A stretch of 64,000 bases of DNA from an uncultured Pseudomonadota bacterium (GCA_902788485.1 CADAKI010000001.1:183007-247006); one strand, 5' to 3'; positions 42,921-52,371 are shown, counted from the first letter of the stretch. The notes: generated by a model from the sequence alone, not told the origin. Numbers and translations are program-made.

Positions 42921-43433
42921 ATGCAGGGTTTTGGAATTCGCTCAACAACAAACAAAGAAGAGAAATATGTGGATGTATATGGTACTACTGAGTGTGATTT
43001 ATGTGCAAAAAAATGCTTTGATATTATAAAAGCAGGCCGAGAAAGAGACCAAATCAGAATAACAGGATTTTATAATTACCCAGACCGTGGTTACGGGGTT
43101 TTTGGCAATCGTAAAGAGTTGTCTGGTGATTATGAGGTTTATAATTGCGGAAGGTTGGTTTGTAAAGTGCGCATGACTGGTGCCACCCACCAAGGTGGTA
43201 ATTATGTAGAACGTATATGGGTTAATAAATGCGAATTTCATTTTTATGCAGAAACCAATGACAGTGCCAAATTAAAAGCAGTGCTACAAGGATATTTTAG
43301 AGAAAAAGATAGAAAAGAAACATTACGCGCTGGACAACAAGAACAAGAAATACAAAGAGCGCAAGAATCAAAACGTAATGCAGAAATTGCTTCTGCACAA
43401 AAGTTTTTAGATGAAATATATAAGGCAATGTAA
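42921..43433 (+). CDS. Hypothetical protein (AT-rich, own promoter)
   Basis: AGGAG RBS and TTGACA-17-TATATT promoter; no recognisable family. Confidence 0.7.
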   Translation: MQGFGIRSTTNKEEKYVDVYGTTECDLCAKKCFDIIKAGRERDQIRITGFYNYPDRGYGVFGNRKELSGDYEVYNCGRLVCKVRMTGATHQGGNYVERIWVNKCEFHFYAETNDSAKLKAVLQGYFREKDRKETLRAGQQEQEIQRAQESKRNAEIASAQKFLDEIYKAM

Positions 43434-43512
43434 GAAAAACCGTCAAATTGACGGTTTTTTCTTGATAAATTTAGATTGTGTGGTATAAAAATTATACATC
43501 AAGAGGTTTTTT

Positions 43513-43809
43513 ATGAATAATTCACACATTAAATGTATCATACAAAATATAAATGCAGGTGTAATGAATACTGCTTTAATGCGAGATCATAATTCATCGC
43601 CATTTCCTGCCTCGGATTTTTCAGGATTGTGTTATATCAGGGCAAAATCAAACCCGATGAAAGTTTTTTATTCTTTGAGAATAAATTATGGAAAGCCAGC
43701 AAGGCTTTTGATTCAAACTTCCAGTGTTGTGGTTGAAAGTGATAGGCAAGAGTTGAATGATTTATGGAATACTATTTCCGTAATAGAAAAAAATAAAAGA
43801 CAAAAATAA
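43513..43809 (+). CDS. Hypothetical protein (AT-rich, basic C-terminus KNKRQK)
   Basis: GAGG RBS and TTGATA-16-TATAAA promoter; flanked by terminators. Confidence 0.65.
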   Translation: MNNSHIKCIIQNINAGVMNTALMRDHNSSPFPASDFSGLCYIRAKSNPMKVFYSLRINYGKPARLLIQTSSVVVESDRQELNDLWNTISVIEKNKRQK

Positions 43810-43852
43810 AAACACCGGCATTTGCCGGTGTTTTTTATTTGTTGGTTTCTTA

Positions 43853-44512
43853 TTAAAAACCTTTTGGTGTTGACATTTTGACAGATGATACTTTTTTATT
43901 CAAAGATTTTACAACATCATCCGTAATATCCAGGTTTGCAATATTTGCACCCGTGCGGGCAAAACGACCATCAATCACCAAAGACAAATTTTTCTTGGCA
44001 ATTATACCCTCAATAATTGGGTCCAGGTGTTTATCCTGCAATTCTGCCAAAGATTTCTGATAAGATTCTTCGATGCTCTGTGCACGTTCAGACAAACTGC
44101 GTTGCAAATTCGCGACGCGTTTTTGATAATCGACAACACGACGTTGCAATGCGTCCGGTGACAAAACATCTTGGGATTTTTCAATTTCTGCTTTTTCTTT
44201 TTCCAATGCTTTTTGTTCAGATGTCAATTCATCACGTAATTTCTTTTCATAAGATTCGCGTTGGCTGCGTAAAGATTTTAATGCATCGGCATCTGTTTGC
44301 ACCGCGTCCATACGAATAACCGCGATACGCATATCGGCACCCGATGCAGCATCGGTTGAAACCTCTGCAATGGCTTTATCAACGGTTATCGGACTACGCA
44401 TGGCCGCCACCGCCCAAATACCCAACACCGCGACAACCAAAACCACGGCCGCAATAATTCCGGTTTTTTTATAGTTTTTAATTGTGATATTTTGTGTGTT
44501 TGATTTTACCAT
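43853..44512 (-). CDS. OmpH/Skp-family chaperone
   Basis: RIAVIRM, long coiled coil and the LDITDDVVKSLN C-terminus. Confidence 0.85.
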   Translation of the reverse strand: MVKSNTQNITIKNYKKTGIIAAVVLVVAVLGIWAVAAMRSPITVDKAIAEVSTDAASGADMRIAVIRMDAVQTDADALKSLRSQRESYEKKLRDELTSEQKALEKEKAEIEKSQDVLSPDALQRRVVDYQKRVANLQRSLSERAQSIEESYQKSLAELQDKHLDPIIEGIIAKKNLSLVIDGRFARTGANIANLDITDDVVKSLNKKVSSVKMSTPKGF

Positions 44513-44636
44513 TTTTTACCTTCCTTTTTTTGTTTGTTTTTTATATTCAGGTCGCACCAACTATAACAATAAAAATTCCAAAATAAAAGAGAATATTATT
44601 CATTAATTGTTTTTCCATATTCTGGAAAAAATAAAT

Positions 44637-44665
44637 TTGCAAACGCGTTCATTATCGGTTAAAAT
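44637..44665 (+). promoter_or_regulatory. sigma70 promoter of RNA/HTH module copy 2
   Basis: TTGCAA-17-TAAAAT, 5 nt before TGCATTGG. Confidence 0.7.
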
Positions 44666-44670
44666 ATGTC

Positions 44671-44826
44671 TGCATTGGTGTGTTGCCAGTGTGGGACAAG
44701 AAACCCTTATTACCAAGTTATCTCCACCACCATGTGGTTGGAGGGCTGTGAATATTTTAAATAAACAGCACTATTCTTGGTAGTAGTTTTCTTGCCTCCA
44801 ACCGCGTTTTTTTTCGCGGTATTTTT
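44671..44826 (+). ncRNA. C4/CI-like antisense RNA leader (copy 2)
   Basis: Paralog of 25316-25470 with compensatory changes; core stem 44734-44805; ACCGCG/CGCGGT terminator-like hairpin. Confidence 0.7.
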
Positions 44827-44828
44827 AT

Positions 44829-44888
44829 TCCCCTTCTTTATGAAAGAAGGGGTGGCACGAAACCGTCAGGTTGAGTGACGGGGTAGTT
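44829..44888 (+). repeat. REP-like palindromic element, family A
   Basis: TCCCCTTCTTTATGAAAGAAGGGGTGG...GACGGGGTAGTT; absent from the paralogous module. Confidence 0.8.
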
Positions 44889-44932
44889 GTGAATCCGCCA
44901 TCCTGGCGGTGATAAATAAAAATGGAGGAGAG

Positions 44933-45151
44933 ATGTCTATTGTTTTAATTGATGCGCGTGCGTATGGACAACAACTGCGCCGGGCGCGCAAATCATTACA
45001 TATGAATAAAGCAACCGTGGCAGAAATTTTGAAAATATCGTCGCACGATTTGTACTTGTATGAAATTGGGTGATTGCCGATTCCGCCGGATTTGCTGTGC
45101 GCGTTGTTGCATCGCGGGTTGGCGTTGACCGCCGTCAAAACACATAAATAA
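44933..45151 (+). pseudogene. XRE HTH copy 2 with an in-frame TGA at codon 47
   Basis: Protein is identical to 25070-25288 except for CGA to TGA at 45071-45073. Confidence 0.85.
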
Positions 45152-45210
45152 TGTTGTCGGTCTATGACCGACACAATAATTGTACTTTGAACTTTGAAAA
45201 TTGAACTTTG

Positions 45211-45882
45211 TCATCTGGCTGGGGCCAAACGGATTTCAACGCGCCGATTGGTAAGGCGTCCAATTCCGTCCTGGGCGGCGATGGGACGTGCGGCACCGCG
45301 GCCAACGATAAACATGCGTGCCGGGTTTATTTTTTGTTGGGTTAAATATACACCGACCCGTTCGGCCATATCTAACGACATGCGTTTCGCCGCGGTTGCG
45401 TCCCGCATAGAATCTGTATATCCGGCGATTTCTAAATATGTTGAATTATATTTTCGTAAAACCCGCGCGATTGTTTTCAAAATATCGGCACCATTGTCAG
45501 AAATATCGCCGTGATTTTGTGCGATAAATGCGTCGCGCACCAAAATCACAACAACATCCGACCCGGCGCGTTCAACCGATACGCCCGCCGTCCGCAAAGA
45601 ATCATATAATTCATATTCTAATTTTGCCATATATTCACGACCGGCCATATTGTCGTTTGTTGATTTATCGCCATAATCCAACACCGCCGATTTATCAATA
45701 TTTGCGTTCAACAATTTTCCACCGCGTCCCAAATACACCGGGCGTTTTGCGATTTTTGATGTTTCGGTCATGTCCATAAAACTGGCACCGTTCAGGTACG
45801 AATCCCATGTGTCGTGTGGCGGACTGGTATATTGCATACAGGCCGATAAAACAAACAATAAAAGCAATAATTTTAATTTCAT
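45211..45882 (-). CDS. OmpA-family lipoprotein (YiaD-like)
   Basis: Lipobox LSAC; IAGYTDS, GRGAARPIA and NRRVEI motifs. Confidence 0.88.
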   Translation of the reverse strand: MKLKLLLLLFVLSACMQYTSPPHDTWDSYLNGASFMDMTETSKIAKRPVYLGRGGKLLNANIDKSAVLDYGDKSTNDNMAGREYMAKLEYELYDSLRTAGVSVERAGSDVVVILVRDAFIAQNHGDISDNGADILKTIARVLRKYNSTYLEIAGYTDSMRDATAAKRMSLDMAERVGVYLTQQKINPARMFIVGRGAARPIAAQDGIGRLTNRRVEIRLAPAR

Positions 45883-45885
45883 TTT

Positions 45886-46341
45886 TTATTTTACGATGAT
45901 TGACACCATGTTGCGATTGCCCGAAATGCAACTTTCCGCACCGGCAGTTGTTATTTTATTTATCGTCACAGATTTTACCCAATCTAATTTTTTTGTTGCC
46001 AAATACGCGCAATCACTGTTGCTTATATTTACCAGGTTGATAGAAAATTCTTTACCGTCAACCGATGGTGCGATATACCAATCGGTTCCCATTGGTGTTT
46101 TTTCGTTGGTGATTGCGCCGGCCTTGATTAAATATTCCACAGATACATCGGAATAATCGCCACGCATTTCCAGTAATATTTTTGTATTGCGTGCAACCTG
46201 TTCCATTTCAGATATGGCTAAATTGCGAACCTGGCTTGCGCGCAGTGCGCCATACGTTTTGTATGCGCCAACCGTCATAACTGCGCCAATGGCCAACACG
46301 CCCAACATTTCAATTAACGAACGACCTAATTCTTGTTGCAT
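45886..46341 (-). CDS. Type IV pilin-like protein
   Basis: Class III signal G|RSLIEMLGVLAIG with E5, and a C-terminal Cys pair. Confidence 0.85.
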   Translation of the reverse strand: MQQELGRSLIEMLGVLAIGAVMTVGAYKTYGALRASQVRNLAISEMEQVARNTKILLEMRGDYSDVSVEYLIKAGAITNEKTPMGTDWYIAPSVDGKEFSINLVNISNSDCAYLATKKLDWVKSVTINKITTAGAESCISGNRNMVSIIVK

Positions 46342-46372
46342 AAAAATCCCCCCGTGTTTGTTTTTTTATTTG

Positions 46373-47908
46373 TTATTTAGAAACCTCGACAATTTCGGCA
46401 CCTTCGAATAAACCCAATGCACTGGCCATCATGGGGTCTGAAGCTAATTCTTGTTGTTGATGTTCCACCGCCGTCTGCACATGGCAAGATTCTGTCGCTT
46501 GTGCCAAAATCCACTGTTTTCCGGTGTGTTTTTCCAACCATGCCGATAATTTAATCGGGAAATCTCTGTCACCCTTGCGGTCAAAGTATTTTAATTTTCC
46601 ATCCGAAATTTCGCAAACCTCGATATTTTCAGAATAATATGTGTACAACAAAATTTCACGGTCTGCCTGCATCGCGTGCCCCAATTCGTCGGCATTTGTA
46701 ATTGTATTTTTTTGTGTTGCCGTCGGCGCCGGTTGTGCCACGGGTTGCACCACGGGTTTTGCCGTCGCATTGTTTTTCAAAATTTCCGGAACCGATGGCA
46801 TGTCGGCAATATGCATCATACGCACAATCAACATATCAAAACATTGTTTTTGGTTTCCCGACATTTGCATTTCACTGACGGCGGCAACCATAACCTGCCA
46901 TACGCGGGACAGTGTGTTCAACGATACGCGCGCATCAATTTTCCGTGTTTTTTCGCGTTGGTCGGCGGTATATGGTGATGCCGTCATGTCGCCGGCGTTT
47001 AATGCCGGATGCATGCGTGTTGCCCAATGGGTCCATTCCATCATATCAGATAACAACATAACCAAATCGGCACCATTGGTGTAAATATTATCCGCCATTT
47101 CCAATGCGCGCGCCGTGTCCCCCGACAAAATTGTATCCATAAAATCAACAACCACATTTCTATCGGCGCGTTTTAACATGTCCATGACGGCGGCCTCGTC
47201 CACATGCCCACCGGTTTGGGCGATTGCCTGGTCTAACAGTGATAAACCGTCACGCACCGAACCATCCGCCGCGCGTGCCAACAATTCATTTGCCGCATCC
47301 GACAATTCGATTTGTTCTTGTTCGGCAATCCATGCAAAATGTTTTTTTAATGTATCGATTGGGACGCGTACCAAATCAAACCGTTGGCATCGTGATAAAA
47401 TCGTAACCGGAACCTTGCGAATTTCGGTTGTTGCCAAAATGAAAATAACATGTGCCGGCGGTTCTTCTAATGTTTTCAACAGAGCATTAAACGCCGCCGT
47501 CGATAACATATGAACTTCGTCGATAATGTAAACCTTGTACCGACCGTTGGTTGGACGATATTGTGCCGCATCCAAAATATCACGGATGTTGTCAACGCCC
47601 GTATGTGATGCCGCGTCGATTTCCATAACATCAATGTGTTGTCCCGCCGCAATCGCACGACAATTTTCACACACGCCACATGGATTTGCCGTTGGTCCAT
47701 CGGTCGATAAACAATTTAATGCCTTGGCCAAAATACGCGCAGTACTGGTTTTTCCGGTGCCGCGTATGCCGGTAAAGATATACGCATGTGCAATGCGTCC
47801 GGTGTTGATTGCGGTGGTCAGTGTTTTGACCAACACATCTTGGCCAATTAAAGATTTGAAATCTTGGCTGCGATACTTGCGTGCCAATACGGTGTAATTG
47901 TTGTCCAT
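46373..47908 (-). CDS. dnaX: DNA polymerase III gamma/tau
   Basis: LARKYR, GTGKTS, IIDEVHMLS and SRCQRF motifs. Confidence 0.97.
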   Translation of the reverse strand: MDNNYTVLARKYRSQDFKSLIGQDVLVKTLTTAINTGRIAHAYIFTGIRGTGKTSTARILAKALNCLSTDGPTANPCGVCENCRAIAAGQHIDVMEIDAASHTGVDNIRDILDAAQYRPTNGRYKVYIIDEVHMLSTAAFNALLKTLEEPPAHVIFILATTEIRKVPVTILSRCQRFDLVRVPIDTLKKHFAWIAEQEQIELSDAANELLARAADGSVRDGLSLLDQAIAQTGGHVDEAAVMDMLKRADRNVVVDFMDTILSGDTARALEMADNIYTNGADLVMLLSDMMEWTHWATRMHPALNAGDMTASPYTADQREKTRKIDARVSLNTLSRVWQVMVAAVSEMQMSGNQKQCFDMLIVRMMHIADMPSVPEILKNNATAKPVVQPVAQPAPTATQKNTITNADELGHAMQADREILLYTYYSENIEVCEISDGKLKYFDRKGDRDFPIKLSAWLEKHTGKQWILAQATESCHVQTAVEHQQQELASDPMMASALGLFEGAEIVEVSK

Positions 47909-47981
47909 GATAAATACTTTCCTTGTTGGTATTCACCATACCAAAGAAAAGTAAAATTTCAACAAATAATGTAATATATTT

Positions 47982-48317
47982 TTAATTCAAATTTGTGATG
48001 AAATCAGGAAATCCCATTTCGTCTTCTTCGTCTGATTTTCCATCACCGTTTGCCGCATTTTTTTCTGCGTCACGCATTTCTGCCTCGGCAGCGGCGACGG
48101 CGGCGGCTTTTTCCTTGCTGTCACGGATAGAATCTATTTTTTCTTGTTCGGCATTTGTCATACGGACACAATGTTCTGCCGCCTGGAGCAAGCGTTCGCG
48201 TTCAATTTCATCCGATGTTATGCGTGCCTGGTCGGTTAATTGTTTGCGGCGCATACGCCATTTATGACAACGTTGAATCATCAGACCAACAGATGACTGA
48301 TTTTTTTTATTTTGCAT
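47982..48317 (-). CDS. DUF4167-like protein
   Basis: ARITSDEIERERLLQAAEHCVR resembles the ARDA..SGD.V.AE...QHAEHY.R motif; acidic tail ending FPDFIT. Confidence 0.55.
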   Translation of the reverse strand: MQNKKNQSSVGLMIQRCHKWRMRRKQLTDQARITSDEIERERLLQAAEHCVRMTNAEQEKIDSIRDSKEKAAAVAAAEAEMRDAEKNAANGDGKSDEEDEMGFPDFITNLN

Positions 48318-48462
48318 ATCGTATCTTTTATATTTTTGTTTTGGAATAATATGGTTGTGTTATTATAAATCAACCAATAACCTCAGAACTTAATATAAAA
48401 CATCTTAAAACTGATTGCAATATCTTTTTTCTGTTGCTAATCTTTACATATAAATAGAGAGG

Positions 48463-49824
48463 ATGTTTTTGTTCGCCCAACGTGGAAATTTTTTATTACA
48501 GGCATTATTGGCGATATCACTGCTGTTTGTGTTTATGCCGGTTTTGACGCGTCGTCTGATTGTGAACGATATGGACGCAAAAATGTATTCGTCGGTGCAT
48601 CAGATTGATACCGCGCAAACCGCGGCGCGCATTTTTATTCGCGAAAATGCCGATGCAATATCGTATGGAAAAACAACGATTCGCGGAAATGATTTTACCG
48701 ATATGTTGGAACCATATGGTTTGCCATTGGGTTATATTCCGCAAACTGCATTTGGCCAAGATATATATTTGGTAATTGATAAAGACGAAGCAGGGGTTGG
48801 TGGTTATTTAATGGTTGATGGCGGAAATTTAACAACCATCCAAATTGCCGAAATGGTTCGTCGAATCGGATTTTATGCCGAACGCACAACAACCGGTTTA
48901 ATGGTTGGTGTTCCACTAAATACAATGTATCAAGAAGTTGTTCGTCGCAATGAACCAGATATCACAAATTCAATGTTTTTAACAGATTTAGATATGAACA
49001 ATTTTTCTGTTGAAAATGTGAATAAAATCACGGGGCATAACATTGTGTCTGAACGCGCAACATTTGATACATTGGATATTGCCGGCAACGAAGGTGACCG
49101 TGGTTCAAAAAATAAAATAAAAACATTGACGGCGGACAAAAGTATTTTTCAATCGAAATCTGGTGGTTCGGCATTGACATTGACGCGTGGCGCGTTGCGG
49201 GCAAAAAATGTGTTCAGCAAAACAATTTCTGAATATGGCAGTACCGGTAATTTTGAATCAGATACCGCGTCATGTTATTCATTTGATATGACGGCGGGTC
49301 GCACCGGATTCACGGGACCCGCCACATGGGATGTTCGTGGTAATGTTGAAACGGAATATATTGCGTTGAATATAGACAGGTTGGAAATATCATCTTACCT
49401 AAATGTATCCAGTGGCCAAGATGCGTATATCTCTGGTGATACTATCACAACCAATGCGTCCAGTGGTATTACCGCAACAAATGTTGTTGCATCGCACATC
49501 ACATTGCGCGACCAAACGTCCAAGGCATTGGATGCCGGTGATACTGGTGCGGTCATTGTTGATATTCGCCCGGCCAGTACGACTGTTTTGCCCGATGTGC
49601 GTGTGTCGGGTGTGTCTAATGATGGATATGCAATTTTGAAATATCCTAAACGCGACAGTGATGAAACATTATCGTGTCAATCGGTAATATCAACAATGGG
49701 CGAAGTGTATAACTCTTCATCATTGGCGCAACATATGTTGTGCGAATACCTGTTTTGGTCGCGGTTGGAACAACGGATAAATGCGAAACAATGTTTAATG
49801 GCGGGCGGTAATGATTGTATATAA
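48463..49824 (+). CDS. Large pilin-like protein, PilV/Shufflon_N-like (1 of 3)
   Basis: QRG|NFLLQALL prepilin-like N-terminus; VRR...SMFLTDLDMNNFSVENV motif. Confidence 0.72.
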   Translation: MFLFAQRGNFLLQALLAISLLFVFMPVLTRRLIVNDMDAKMYSSVHQIDTAQTAARIFIRENADAISYGKTTIRGNDFTDMLEPYGLPLGYIPQTAFGQDIYLVIDKDEAGVGGYLMVDGGNLTTIQIAEMVRRIGFYAERTTTGLMVGVPLNTMYQEVVRRNEPDITNSMFLTDLDMNNFSVENVNKITGHNIVSERATFDTLDIAGNEGDRGSKNKIKTLTADKSIFQSKSGGSALTLTRGALRAKNVFSKTISEYGSTGNFESDTASCYSFDMTAGRTGFTGPATWDVRGNVETEYIALNIDRLEISSYLNVSSGQDAYISGDTITTNASSGITATNVVASHITLRDQTSKALDAGDTGAVIVDIRPASTTVLPDVRVSGVSNDGYAILKYPKRDSDETLSCQSVISTMGEVYNSSSLAQHMLCEYLFWSRLEQRINAKQCLMAGGNDCI

Positions 49825-51055
49825 AACAAATATTTTTAATAACGCGTCCCGTGGCGCATCGATAATAGAAGTAATTTTGGCGATGTCCATTATCGCCGTT
49901 GCGGCGCCGTTTATGTATAACCAAATCAAACGCACATATGGCGATATTGAAAATATATCTGTGGCACAAAAAATTGTCGATTTACAAGACAATGCATTAA
50001 ACTTTGTGCGCATGCATCAATCCCAATGGGGCGATGCAGAACAAATACAATTATCGGACACAGAATTGGCGGAAATATCATCGTTGCCGGTGGCGGCGTT
50101 TGTCGACCGGCGACAATTTCGTGGCACAACAATCACAGATGTTTATATGTTGTTTGATGTATCGTCATCGGCGGTTCGAACAAATCAAATTGCGCGCCAA
50201 ATTGGTGGTGATGCCGCGATTGTGGCGGATGATGGTGTGGCGTATGGCGCGTCATGGGCGGTGACGGGGCCGGAATTCAAACCGGGCGAATTGGTATATC
50301 GTGTGTCGCATAATTTTTCCAGTATTGACCGAAATAATTTTTTGCATCGTGGTGTATCTGGTGATGTGGAACAAAAAACAGACGATGATTCTGACAAAGA
50401 TTCTATGGAAAACAATTTAAATGCGATGTTGCGAAATTTGAATATGGGTGGCAAAGATTTATTGGATGTTGGTGCGCTGGATGCAAAAACAGTTGTTGGA
50501 AAAAATGTAAACGCAACATTTTTGGAATCAGATGACGCGGTTGTGGATTCTGTATATTTTTCATCAGGTGCAAATATCCAGGGTACAGATGCCAATATTG
50601 ATACGATTCGTGCACTTGGCGATATCAGTGGTTTTCGCACCATTACCGCAAACACATTAAACGGTTCGACTTTCAGTAATACCGGCACCGTTATCGCCGA
50701 CCGCGCAACGGTAAATCGGTCGGTCAGAATTGGAAATTTATTTAAATTAAAATCATCCGGTTCGCGCACCATCAGTGCGTTCACCGCGATATCTGCAAAT
50801 TCGGTTTATACCCCATATGTCACAACATCGGATTTGGTTTTTTATGGTGATTTTGGTTTAACTGTATCGGGTGAATTATTGTTATCGCGCACCGCACCAT
50901 TAAAGATTGGGTCTTGGACATTTCCGTCGAATCAAATGCCGTCTTTTTCAAAATTGACATTGGGGCGCACAAAAATAAACCCGGCACCAGATAAATCAGA
51001 ATTTGGTGCAATTATGTCATCTGATTGGCAAACCAAAGAAAGAATAGATAAATGA
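49811..51055 (+). CDS. Large pilin-like protein, PilV/Shufflon_N-like (2 of 3)
   Basis: SRG|ASIIEVIL; IGGDAAIV...AYGASW; FLHR...LNAMLRNLNMGGKDLLDVG. Confidence 0.78.
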   Translation: MIVYKTNIFNNASRGASIIEVILAMSIIAVAAPFMYNQIKRTYGDIENISVAQKIVDLQDNALNFVRMHQSQWGDAEQIQLSDTELAEISSLPVAAFVDRRQFRGTTITDVYMLFDVSSSAVRTNQIARQIGGDAAIVADDGVAYGASWAVTGPEFKPGELVYRVSHNFSSIDRNNFLHRGVSGDVEQKTDDDSDKDSMENNLNAMLRNLNMGGKDLLDVGALDAKTVVGKNVNATFLESDDAVVDSVYFSSGANIQGTDANIDTIRALGDISGFRTITANTLNGSTFSNTGTVIADRATVNRSVRIGNLFKLKSSGSRTISAFTAISANSVYTPYVTTSDLVFYGDFGLTVSGELLLSRTAPLKIGSWTFPSNQMPSFSKLTLGRTKINPAPDKSEFGAIMSSDWQTKERIDK

Positions 51056-52371
51056 TACGAGAAAACAAAAAATCTTTATTGACCCAACAATGTGGCAGTA
51101 TGCTGGTTGAATTGTTATTGAGTGTTGCACTGGCAATGTTGATAATTCCGTTTGTTTTTAAATATCAACGGGCTGCAATCGAACGTCGCGAAAATATTGA
51201 AATCACTCGTCAAATGACGGATATACAAAATGCGCTGGAACGATACATTATCGAAAACCGCGAAGATTTATTAAAACCATATGGTCGGCATATTGTTCGC
51301 ATTGATATTTCTGAACTAGAAAAATATGGCCTGTCCGACGGAATTATAAACAACAGTGACGCAAAATACCAATTACGCATAATTAAATCGCGCGATTTCA
51401 ATGGACAATCCACTTTGCAAGGTGTGGTTGTATATGATTCTGAAAAAATTACACCGTTTCGCACACATCAGATTTTGAATATGGCGGGTGGTAATGTTGG
51501 TTTTGTTGATGGTTTACGTGCATACGGTGCAAATGGTGCGTGGAAAACATCGGTTGCAGATTTAGGGATTCCATCAATGGATTCTGGGATTGTGGGAACA
51601 ACAACGATAAATCGCGACAATGCGTTATACCTGTGGCGGGTGCCGACCGATGACCCTGATGATGCAACAATGCGTTCATCGTTAAATTTGGGTTGGCACG
51701 ATATTATAAACATCAAAAACATAAATTTTGTGACCGGCGGATTTGATGAGTTTTTAAAACTTGGGCGTGTTGACACCCGCAACTTGATTTTTGATAATCG
51801 CACAACAATCGACGGCGTGTTTAATACCAAAAGTGCGACCGTGACCGGTTCGTTGACATCGGATTCTCGCAATATGGAAATATCGGGGCGCCTGGCATTA
51901 TCAGACACGGCGAAATTTTCATCGTTCACAACAAATGATTTATATGTGACAAATTTAACATTGCCGACATTATCGATAACAAATTCTGAAAACAAACCTG
52001 TGATTTTAACAATTAATGGTTCGGTGAATATGCGTTATGGCAGTATTCGCGCCATCCAAACAACGGTGGGATACGCGGGGTCGATTACGCCGCGGCTGAC
52101 AGTTTCGTCAAAAATTACCGACCCGGCAAATCCAAATTATTATTGGGATGCCGGTGCCGGTGTTGCAAATTTTTCTGATTTATATTTGGGGGATTTAAAT
52201 CGCATGGTTGGATATTTGGGTGAATCAGAATTTGACCAATCAACGGTTGCGGGTCGTCGTTTCAAAATTGTTGCGTCAAACCCAAATGCCACCGTCACCG
52301 ATTATGCGAACGCGTTAAACGAAATTGCGACGGCGGTTCGTGCGAAATATAGTTTGTTGAAATTGCAATAA
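51052..52371 (+). CDS. Large pilin-like protein, PilV/Shufflon_N-like (3 of 3)
   Basis: QCG|SMLVELLL; GFVDG..AYGANGAW; YLWRVP..PDDATMRSSLNLGWHDIINI. Confidence 0.8.
   Translation: MIRENKKSLLTQQCGSMLVELLLSVALAMLIIPFVFKYQRAAIERRENIEITRQMTDIQNALERYIIENREDLLKPYGRHIVRIDISELEKYGLSDGIINNSDAKYQLRIIKSRDFNGQSTLQGVVVYDSEKITPFRTHQILNMAGGNVGFVDGLRAYGANGAWKTSVADLGIPSMDSGIVGTTTINRDNALYLWRVPTDDPDDATMRSSLNLGWHDIINIKNINFVTGGFDEFLKLGRVDTRNLIFDNRTTIDGVFNTKSATVTGSLTSDSRNMEISGRLALSDTAKFSSFTTNDLYVTNLTLPTLSITNSENKPVILTINGSVNMRYGSIRAIQTTVGYAGSITPRLTVSSKITDPANPNYYWDAGAGVANFSDLYLGDLNRMVGYLGESEFDQSTVAGRRFKIVASNPNATVTDYANALNEIATAVRAKYSLLKLQ

Noticed and set aside
45071-45073. TGA recoding (alternative genetic code or selenocysteine)
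   Set aside because: TGA ends ordinary genes here (rsmG, der, rsmE, yidD), Trp is encoded by TGG, and the paralog has CGA, so a single C-to-T change explains it.
48463-52371. True invertible shufflon
   Set aside because: No tyrosine recombinase, no inverted partial C-terminal cassettes and no repeated sfx-like sites were seen; all three genes are full length on one strand.
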